From a virus: DNA of 64,000 bases. How positions within the stretch are numbered: position 1 is the first letter of the stretch; every line of letters starts with the position of its first letter. Location: the IMG/VR virus record IMGVR_UViG_3300018080_005856, positions 32,001 through 96,000 of that record; one strand, given 5' to 3'. This document shows, one piece after another, positions 15,897 through 23,039 of this stretch. The notes under the pieces are model-generated. The model had not been told where the DNA came from. It searched no databases and worked only from the letters and a program-made list of their open reading frames with translations. The position numbers and the translations under genes are program-made.

Positions 15897-16439
15897 GATA
15901 TTGCCTCCTTTGCACCGCCCACTATTCTAGAGGTGGGACAATGCATATATATGGAAAAGGAAGGCCGTGCACAGCCTCCCATACGGGATACATGGATTAC
16001 AGTTGGGCTAGGCACCTCGTCATTTCAGACTGTCTATTTACGCTCAGAGTGGACCATCTCTTCATCACGCACGTGACCGTCTTCTTGGTACCATTCCCAC
16101 GCTTATCTCCAGGGGATCCAGACCTGAAGATTATAGCTTCACCCAAGGACTTATCCGATTGTATGAAGCAGGTAGGGCGCCCCCTGAACGAATCCAGAGA
16201 ACGCCCTTTCAGTGGGTTTCACAGAAGAATACAACGGGGTATTAGGAAGGATTAAATATAATACCGCTAGTATGGAACCCCAAACAGAACCCCGGTAATA
16301 TAGTAATAACCCCCTATAAAGGGAAGGGTAGCCTCTTACCGCCGTTAATCCTCCCTGTAATGCGCATGGTAACGACCTTAAGTTGTTACATTATGTGAGC
16401 AGGGTAGGTCTGAACCTACCACTCACCATAAGGCCTGCT

Positions 16440-16610
16440 CTACTTGGCTACTTTATGCAGTAATTTGCCAAGCTCTGAAGCACTGATATTAGTGCCACCT
16501 CTCTTGATCTCATTTAACAACAGCCAGAAGGATGTATCTCTCATACCTCTGGACTTCTGCCATTTTCTGAGTTCAGTAAGTCTGTCATTAAGTACCTTTG
16601 GATTCAACAT
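16440..16610 (-). CDS. small hypothetical protein (56 aa, not in ORF track)
   Basis: AAGGAGGTG RBS; MLNPKVLNDRLTELRKWQKSRGMRDTSFWLLL... Confidence 0.7.
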   Translation of the reverse strand: MLNPKVLNDRLTELRKWQKSRGMRDTSFWLLLNEIKRGGTNISASELGKLLHKVAK

Positions 16611-16611
16611 A

Positions 16612-16926
16612 TTACACCTCCTTTTCTGCCCAATAGATGACTTTTCCTACCATTGGTTTAAGTGTAATGTGCACCTTACACCCACCACATGTACCCGTGT
16701 ACATGTTTTGAGATGGGTGTTTCTTAAGCACGTACAGACCCTTGCGAGTCTTCATTTTAACAGACTCGCCACCTGCTACATTCGTAACTACTACAGTAAG
16801 CTTTTCATTTCTGTAATAGTACACCTGTCCTTCAAGAGAGCAGTTGTTTGATGTAACCGGTTCGCCATGCTCCTCAATGCCTGTTACAATGTACTTCTTG
16901 AGACTGATTTGTTGTACCTGTTTCAT
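16612..16926 (-). CDS. hypothetical protein
   Basis: CAGGAGGT RBS, 104 aa. Confidence 0.75.
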   Translation of the reverse strand: MKQVQQISLKKYIVTGIEEHGEPVTSNNCSLEGQVYYYRNEKLTVVVTNVAGGESVKMKTRKGLYVLKKHPSQNMYTGTCGGCKVHITLKPMVGKVIYWAEKEV

Positions 16927-17013
16927 AAGGTACCTCCTGGTTTAATTATTTCCCCTATTACGCTACGGGGATATGCCCCCTGAGATCGCGAGTCCCAGGG
17001 GGCAACGAGATTA

Positions 17014-19458
17014 TTAGCCAAGTAACCTCTCCGCATAGAGGCATGCCATACCATTCATACCTCTTACGTTGGAAACCTCCTTTCTCTCTACGAGTGCTTG
17101 CACGAACACCGCATATAGAACGATAGCCCTTTCGATCTTAGATACATCGAGTGTATCTATTATCTCTGGGTTATCATGGAGTTGTTTCCTGGTAGTTCCG
17201 ACAATCTTCTCAAGAAGAGTATCCACAACTACCATGTGGACATGAGCCATAGGCTTATGAGCTAACGCCCACATCTGCAGCATGACCTCTCTTTCTTCGG
17301 CGGAGATCAAAGGCTTAGCCGCTTTAATGTTGTCAGCACGAAACTCGCCAGCAACATCAAAGATCTTGTCGGTATCAAGCTCTACTCTATACACCTGACG
17401 TATAGCCTGAGCGAAGGATTCTGCAGTTCCTTCTCTCCAGCCGACAAGTTTACCACTGATGACAGTAGCGGTAGGGGACTCCCTGTCACCAATGAGAAGT
17501 TTACCAAGAACTGTGTCACACAGTTCATAGGCTTCATTGACCCCAACAGATAGGCCAACATACTTCTTAATCCCTTGGACACTGTCCTGGATAGACTGTG
17601 CCAGAGGTAGAAGATCACTCATAGCAGATTCTAAAGCATCTGACCGGAAATCATAGACAGTAGCCAGACATTTCATGTAAGCCGCTACAAGTATAGCTGT
17701 TCTCTCTTGACACCACCTGCCATGCATACAGGCTGTCCAGGGAGTAAGCTCACCTTCAGCAGGTACCGATGATTTATCTATCATTCCGAAATCATCAGTA
17801 GCCCGCACCATGCTTCTATACCCCGGGAGGAATAGAGCATGATCATCACAGTCAGACTGCCAACCAACTGTGGCTTCCAAACACACTACAGCCACGACTC
17901 CATCTACATCATCCAAGGTATGCTCAGATAGACGTAGATCTAAGAAGGAGCCCTTTGTAGTATTTGGATACCTGACCCCAGCAACAAAGTCAGATATTTC
18001 TCCAGTCCGAATAGTAAACTGAGTAAATCCAGACTGAAGTGCATCCCGCATTTCACGAGATGGTACAAACTCCCCAGGAAGAAGCTTGTGAACGTGACCA
18101 CCATCCACAACCACATGAGTCCTGTGTATTATTGCTGCATATACAGAACTCGGGGCATTGGCACTCATAAGAGCCTTAGACCTCTTATTAAGTCCCATTA
18201 TGACTCCCGGATCGTTTGCAGGAAGATATCCAAGAACATACTTAGACAGATAGCTATCTATAAGTACATCCTCTTCATCATTGGATAGACCCATATCCAA
18301 GTGACGATACATGGATCCCCTGAGATCATTCAGAGCTGCAGTCTTACCAAATGCCTCTTTACGGAGAAGAGCCATGATATCTTTCCGTGTGACCTTATCC
18401 CACTGTCCAAGAACCATATAGAACAGGTTCAGGCGATAAGCCTCCTTCTGTTCATGGTTCTCAATCTTGGACAGCCCGATAGTCATGTCGAGAACTACGG
18501 AGTCTTTCCCGGCATAATCTACCTTTATCCATTTGATAGCCGAGTCATAACACCAACCATCAAACTCCTCTGGAATAGGCTTTCCATCTGGTCCTATAGA
18601 AGCCTGTGCTGGGGAGTGGAGCAGCCTCCCCTTCACTATTCCAGTCTTTCCATCCATAGGAACAAGACCTCTTACAAGACCAAAGTCCCCGGATTGTAGG
18701 ATACTTGCTCTGCGGACTAAGATCACACCATCCGCATCCAGAGTATTACCTACTTCAGAAAGCTCCTCTGGGAATACCTTTATCTTGAGCTGATCAGGCA
18801 TTCCGAGGATCTCAGACCAACCGTCTTTACCCGCCCTTATGCGAAGGACGTTGACCTCTTGATCTGATACGTTGCCACACGCTTCACGGATAACGTCAGC
18901 AAACATGTCCCTATTCACCGAAACTATTCCATTCAGAATGGTTTCAGCTCTCCTGGAGGATATCCAGGAAGGATGTGCCGGGAATGCTACACCCTTAACA
19001 CCTGTCATCTTGAGGGCATACTCAAAGAGTCTACCTCTCAGAAAGGTGCTACATGAAATCAGGTTGAGATTAAAGCGCTCCTTTCCCTTCTGATTCCGGT
19101 TCCTTTTAGCTATCTGTTGACCGTTGTACTTTAAGCCAGCACAATAGCTACGGCCTGCACGAGATCTCCGCATATCCCTTGCGAGCTCGACACCGAGGAC
19201 TTCTGCCAGTGCTGCAGCTGTAAATGTCTTAGTAACATCTACAGCCACCTGACGAAGCTCTCTTTTCCTGAAGGCCTTAAATGCCTTAAAGACATAAGAC
19301 CCAGGGAGGACGATCTGATTCTTTATATACGGTGATACAAAGAACCTGTCCCCGTTCCAAACAAGCGTCTTTCCAGGCAATGGCCTGAAGTCAGCTTGCT
19401 CAGATGCCCGGAGAGATGACCCTCCGAGTAACAACTTAAGTAACCCATGATTATCCAT
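17014..19458 (-). CDS. putative single-subunit two-barrel RNA polymerase (YonO / QDE-1 RdRP-like) with DCDD motif
   Basis: Ordered motifs DADGVILV, FGLVRG...IVKGRL, SAIKW, YRLNLF, LLPGEF, GVRYP, QSDCDD and LAQSIQDSVQGIKK parallel the cellular RdRP/YonO series DG.G.I, QIR...KG.L, S..KF, LN.Q, L..GEV, RxP, DxDGD and AVD..K; CAGGAGGT RBS. Confidence 0.7.
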   Translation of the reverse strand: MDNHGLLKLLLGGSSLRASEQADFRPLPGKTLVWNGDRFFVSPYIKNQIVLPGSYVFKAFKAFRKRELRQVAVDVTKTFTAAALAEVLGVELARDMRRSRAGRSYCAGLKYNGQQIAKRNRNQKGKERFNLNLISCSTFLRGRLFEYALKMTGVKGVAFPAHPSWISSRRAETILNGIVSVNRDMFADVIREACGNVSDQEVNVLRIRAGKDGWSEILGMPDQLKIKVFPEELSEVGNTLDADGVILVRRASILQSGDFGLVRGLVPMDGKTGIVKGRLLHSPAQASIGPDGKPIPEEFDGWCYDSAIKWIKVDYAGKDSVVLDMTIGLSKIENHEQKEAYRLNLFYMVLGQWDKVTRKDIMALLRKEAFGKTAALNDLRGSMYRHLDMGLSNDEEDVLIDSYLSKYVLGYLPANDPGVIMGLNKRSKALMSANAPSSVYAAIIHRTHVVVDGGHVHKLLPGEFVPSREMRDALQSGFTQFTIRTGEISDFVAGVRYPNTTKGSFLDLRLSEHTLDDVDGVVAVVCLEATVGWQSDCDDHALFLPGYRSMVRATDDFGMIDKSSVPAEGELTPWTACMHGRWCQERTAILVAAYMKCLATVYDFRSDALESAMSDLLPLAQSIQDSVQGIKKYVGLSVGVNEAYELCDTVLGKLLIGDRESPTATVISGKLVGWREGTAESFAQAIRQVYRVELDTDKIFDVAGEFRADNIKAAKPLISAEEREVMLQMWALAHKPMAHVHMVVVDTLLEKIVGTTRKQLHDNPEIIDTLDVSKIERAIVLYAVFVQALVERKEVSNVRGMNGMACLYAERLLG

Positions 19459-19541
19459 AGGGTACCTCCTGTATTTATTGTATGCCTCTGTGAGACACCC
19501 TCATAGTATTGAACTCAATAGTTCAATACCCAGAGGCTGCC

Positions 19542-19634
19542 TCATAAACACATACTACAGGGTATAACAAGTTGTTTGGCACAGTCACGATGTGAAGACT
19601 CACAACTGTGCATGCGTCGGTGTCGATATACCAT
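19542..19634 (-). CDS. 30-aa Cys/His-rich micropeptide
   Basis: TAGGAGGTG RBS then MVYRHRRMHSCESSHRDCAKQLVIPCSMCL*. Confidence 0.5.
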   Translation of the reverse strand: MVYRHRRMHSCESSHRDCAKQLVIPCSMCL

Positions 19635-19682
19635 AATGACACCTCCTATTGTTAATGCACTGTACCGATCTCAGCTACGGTA

Positions 19683-19725
19683 TGCGTCCGCCCGGGAGTC
19701 GAACCCGGGTAAGCGCCATTCGGAC
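19683..19725 (-). ncRNA. tRNA-like minihelix (acceptor-like stem + T arm)
   Basis: GTCCG-AATGGCGCTTA-CCCGGG-TTCGACT-CCCGGG-CGGAC immediately after a stop codon; no D or anticodon arm. Confidence 0.55.
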
Positions 19726-20034
19726 TTACTTCCACTCAGACAGGGGTGGCCCCTCCAGAGCGAGGTGTTCCCCCATCATATCTCTGGCATCATCCAGCAA
19801 CTGATCAAGATCAATCACTGGTTTGCCTACTTCCGCCTTAAGCTCGGTAGGAATATCAGCTACAGCCATGATGTGATTCCATGACTGTAAGAACTGTTCT
19901 GCCTCCTTCTTACTTAAGGCCTTCCCACTATACGCTTCAATAAGCAGCATAGTGTCCTTCACTGCAGTGGTTACCTGCTCCATCCTTCTCTTCATCCTTC
20001 TTGTGACTTCTTGTAACTCTATTGCCTTTGACAT
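19726..20034 (-). CDS. hypothetical early protein
   Basis: CAGGAGGT RBS directly 3' of hammerhead 1. Confidence 0.8.
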   Translation of the reverse strand: MSKAIELQEVTRRMKRRMEQVTTAVKDTMLLIEAYSGKALSKKEAEQFLQSWNHIMAVADIPTELKAEVGKPVIDLDQLLDDARDMMGEHLALEGPPLSEWK

Positions 20035-20050
20035 AGAGTACCTCCTGTGA

Positions 20051-20106
20051 TATGTTTCGGATCCCGCTACAGATCCTCATCAGTGGGCTTAAGCTACCCA
20101 TACATA
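20051..20106 (-). ncRNA. type III hammerhead ribozyme 1
   Basis: UAUGUA^UGGGU-AGCUUAA-GCCCA CUGAUGA GGAUCU-GUAGCG-GGAUCC GAAACAUA; complete core, cleavage predicted between 20101 and 20100. Confidence 0.92.
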
Positions 20107-20135
20107 GGGACAGTTTTACATCATGTCCCAGGATG
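20107..20135 (-). ncRNA. H-type pseudoknot 5' of hammerhead 1
   Basis: CATC-CT-GGGACA-T-GATG-TAAAAC-TGTCCC. Confidence 0.7.
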
Positions 20136-20141
20136 TAATGC

Positions 20142-20330
20142 TTAACGATATTGAGATAGATCTATACCTTTAACATTAAACCTACCAAATACTGCTTCAC
20201 GCTCAGCATTAACAGCCTTAAGCTTTCTTAAAGCCATCTGCACCTTTGCAGCGTGATACGGGTGAGCCTTGCAGAATTCAGCTATCTGCTCTGGGCTCAT
20301 TTCGAGTAAAGTTTTAACTAGTTCGACCAT
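20142..20330 (-). CDS. hypothetical early protein flanked by two hammerheads
   Basis: TAGGAGGT RBS, 62 aa. Confidence 0.8.
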   Translation of the reverse strand: MVELVKTLLEMSPEQIAEFCKAHPYHAAKVQMALRKLKAVNAEREAVFGRFNVKGIDLSQYR

Positions 20331-20348
20331 AATGGACCTCCTATAGTA

Positions 20349-20405
20349 GTGTTTCGGCTCTTGCTTAGGGAGCCATCTTCAGTGGGCTTAAAGCTACCCA
20401 GACAC
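20349..20405 (-). ncRNA. type III hammerhead ribozyme 2
   Basis: GUGUC^UGGGU-AGCUUUAA-GCCCA CUGAAGA U GGCUC-CCUAAGCAA-GAGCC GAAACAC; one extra U after A9; cleavage predicted between 20401 and 20400. Confidence 0.88.
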
Positions 20406-20406
20406 C

Positions 20407-20433
20407 GGGTAGTTTTACATCATACCCAGGATG
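20407..20433 (-). ncRNA. H-type pseudoknot 5' of hammerhead 2
   Basis: CATC-CT-GGGTA-T-GATG-TAAAAC-TACCC; stem 2 differs from copy 1 yet pairing is kept. Confidence 0.7.
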
Positions 20434-20440
20434 CTTGAGC

Positions 20441-20614
20441 TTACTTCTGTGTAGATACGCACTGGCCAGTAACTTTGTTGCAGACTACTTTGCCTTTGAA
20501 AGCATCACTAATCTGCTTGTCCTGCCTTGCTGCCAAAACTACAAACAGAGCCAAGAAAGCTACTGTAGCTACACCAACCATAAACTCTCCAAACTTCTCT
20601 TTTCTTGTATTCAT
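20441..20614 (-). CDS. small membrane-anchored protein (57 aa, not in ORF track)
   Basis: TAGGAG RBS; MNTRKEKFGEFMVGVATVAFLALFVVLAARQ...CNKVTGQC. Confidence 0.7.
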   Translation of the reverse strand: MNTRKEKFGEFMVGVATVAFLALFVVLAARQDKQISDAFKGKVVCNKVTGQCVSTQK

Positions 20615-20898
20615 ACTGATTCTCCTAGTTGCGGACTATACCCATTGATTCTGCAGGGGATTTAACTGCAGATCTCATACACTGTTATCCAGGTGGTATG
20701 AGTTACCTGTACGGCTCCATTGACTGATCCCAATGGCGCGCTATACTTGTCTACTCGTCCAATACGGTGTATAGCAACCTCTTGGCGCGAGGGTAGAAGT
20801 ACCCGGGGGCTCGAACCAAGCAGATCCGATCCTCTCTAATACTCACCTGGTCCCGTTATACCCAAAACCGGGTTTGGCCCCCTATAGGGATTTTTGTC

Positions 20899-20927
20899 TT
20901 GACTCCTGGATATGGTTCTTGTAATCT
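20899..20927 (+). promoter_or_regulatory. sigma70-like promoter for the rightward operon
   Basis: TTGACT-N17-TAATCT in the divergent intergenic region. Confidence 0.5.
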
Positions 20928-20992
20928 TATGGGTGATAACCCTACGAACTTTTCTGGAACCCTGTAGATGGTATAAAGAGATCCTATGATTT

Positions 20993-21661
20993 TTGATACA
21001 GGTGGGGATTATGATAAAGAGTAAGATAGTATCCTTTGATTCTTTTACTTTGGGGGCAATCCGGGCCAGTCGCTTTGAATGGGACCGTGGTGACTCGATA
21101 GTTACTATGGCAATATCCAGGAATCTTAATCCCAAACCAAATATGATGGTAATACCCCTGGATGTTTCTATAGTAAAGGGAAATACCTTAGAACCCAGCC
21201 CTAATGCCAACATGGGTTACGGGAGTAAAGTAATAGGTAACGGGTATGTCTATACAATATATCCACAACCCGATTATATTGATGTATGGAACGAGATAGA
21301 TATGAAGGACAGAACGAACCTCGTGACCGGTCTTACTGAAAGAATAATAGTACCCCGATCTACTAAAGAACATAAGAAAGCCCAGTTTCACGCCCTGGAT
21401 ATTGATATAAGAGATGAGGTAATGATGCGTCTTAAATATAAAGCCGGCCGTATACAAGTATTATGCCCGGGCAATAATCAACTGTTAGTAAGCAGGGACG
21501 GAGGGATGTTCATGTCAGCCATTCATATATACAATAATATCGGACAGATTAACTCTTTAGTGGGTAAGCTAATATCTTCATGGGATTATCCAGAAGATCA
21601 CGTTAGCCGCCGGGCCTGGTATTTGTGGCACAGCCGATGGTGTAGATCATGGGAAAAGTAA
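20993..21661 (+). CDS. paralog family B protein 1
   Basis: LDIDIRDEVMMRLKYKAGRIQVLCP...VSRDGGMF motif. Confidence 0.75.
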   Translation: MIQVGIMIKSKIVSFDSFTLGAIRASRFEWDRGDSIVTMAISRNLNPKPNMMVIPLDVSIVKGNTLEPSPNANMGYGSKVIGNGYVYTIYPQPDYIDVWNEIDMKDRTNLVTGLTERIIVPRSTKEHKKAQFHALDIDIRDEVMMRLKYKAGRIQVLCPGNNQLLVSRDGGMFMSAIHIYNNIGQINSLVGKLISSWDYPEDHVSRRAWYLWHSRWCRSWEK

Positions 21662-22368
21662 AGTACAACATAATAAGCAGAACGGCTATAATAATGGAAG
21701 CCCTGCTGTTACCTAGAGAAGATCCCGAGCACTGTGGGGTGCAAGTATATCCCTCCCTGGGTGGTGGGTTTATTAGCAGCTGTTCTCCAAAATACATAAA
21801 GGAAATCGTAAAAGATTACAAGCGGATGCTTCTCACTGTAGATATACGATTAAGGGAGAACAAGAATGGTGATTATCAGAGTAATTATAGTCACTATACT
21901 ACAGAGGAAACCCATATAGGCATAGTAACCCGAATGACTGGTGACTCATATATTTACCGTGTAAGGCCCTTTGATGAATATCTCGCGATGTGGAATGAAA
22001 TGACCTATACGGGAAAGAAATCCCTTCTGAGTGAGGTGAGTGAGTATATATCTATATTATCAAGCAAAAGAAATGCGTTTCCGGCATTCGCTATAATGGA
22101 GCTATACCTGGGTCGGGAAGTAACACATATTCTGAGATATAGGGCCTCTACTATAAGTATACTGGCGCCAACTCCTAGGTGCCCGTTCATAAGCCTTGAC
22201 GGGAAACCTTTCGTACCCTGGTTCCGTATATATAATGATATTCAGCCCTTATTCGAGCTCATAAATAGCTTGCTTCCGAAAGAACCGGGCTTGTTCTCTA
22301 ATCCTGGTAAAGAACATTACGTATTCTGGGCGGCCTGGAAAGAACTAATGGAGAAAACAGCATGGTAG
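21649..22368 (+). CDS. paralog family B protein 2
   Basis: IMELYLGREVTHILRYRASTISILAP...ISLDGKPF. Confidence 0.75.
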   Translation: MGKVKYNIISRTAIIMEALLLPREDPEHCGVQVYPSLGGGFISSCSPKYIKEIVKDYKRMLLTVDIRLRENKNGDYQSNYSHYTTEETHIGIVTRMTGDSYIYRVRPFDEYLAMWNEMTYTGKKSLLSEVSEYISILSSKRNAFPAFAIMELYLGREVTHILRYRASTISILAPTPRCPFISLDGKPFVPWFRIYNDIQPLFELINSLLPKEPGLFSNPGKEHYVFWAAWKELMEKTAW

Positions 22369-23039
22369 TAACAGTTGAAAGAACACAGATAATAGAAGTA
22401 TTAGCTAATGTATCTGTACCTGCATCCCATGATGAGAACTGCCGTGTGGTTTATATACCTTATAACCAACAGAGCGAACCCATTCGTAAAGTAGTAAGCA
22501 TTATTGTAGGGGTATCTACTATTCCTCATAGTTCCTGGAAAGATGAATGGGGCTTCAGATATCGGCATACTCAGGAAGATCCAGGACCCGTTCCCTTCTA
22601 TACCTATATGATGCGCACCCGGGAGGATTATGAGCTGTGGTTAGCTTCAGATCGCGTAACCCGTAAAGACTTTATGCGCTCCATGGATAATTACGTTCAC
22701 GCCCACCGGGAACACGTTGACAGAGAGTTTTACATACCCGTGCTTAACATAGACCTGGAAGACGACATCATGACTCGCCTAAAAGTAGGGGCCCGTATAT
22801 TAAAGATAGCGGCCCCCGTATACCCTACATCCAATGTTACAATGTTAAGCCGGAATAACGGCCCCTACGGTTTCTTACCAATTGAGTCCGCCACTATTCC
22901 ACTCCACCTGGTCATCTTCAAAGCCATAGGATATGCCAGGAGATCTGACTACACGTCTCCGTGGAGAACTTGGAGAAATTCCAAGATGGCTCAGTATAAT
23001 CTGGAAGGAGCGGTAAAGGCCAGAGGGGGTACCGTATGA
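22362..23039 (+). CDS. paralog family B protein 3
   Basis: LNIDLEDDIMTRLKVGARILKIAAP...LSRNNGPY. Confidence 0.75.
   Translation: MVVTVERTQIIEVLANVSVPASHDENCRVVYIPYNQQSEPIRKVVSIIVGVSTIPHSSWKDEWGFRYRHTQEDPGPVPFYTYMMRTREDYELWLASDRVTRKDFMRSMDNYVHAHREHVDREFYIPVLNIDLEDDIMTRLKVGARILKIAAPVYPTSNVTMLSRNNGPYGFLPIESATIPLHLVIFKAIGYARRSDYTSPWRTWRNSKMAQYNLEGAVKARGGTV

Larger units (their letters stand above)
7816..16278 (-). promoter_or_regulatory. dispersed promoter-like motif TTTCCATA-N4-TG (~20 copies), usually fused to an upstream terminator hairpin
   Basis: Plus-strand tatggaaa or variants at 7822, 8501, 9408, 10406, 10850, 10947, 11124, 11370, 11707, 12000, 12647, 13034, 13385, 13857, 14733, 14991, 15339, 15479, 15950 and 16271; all intergenic and in the same orientation. 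Confidence 0.8.

Noticed and set aside
16040-16080. Third hammerhead (GTGATGA-AGAG..CTCT-GAG on the minus strand)
   Set aside because: C3 and the GAAA core are absent and no stems I/III form.
19683-19725. Full tRNA or tmRNA 3' end
   Set aside because: No D or anticodon arm, no CCA, and no matching tmRNA 5' GGGG segment or tag ORF.
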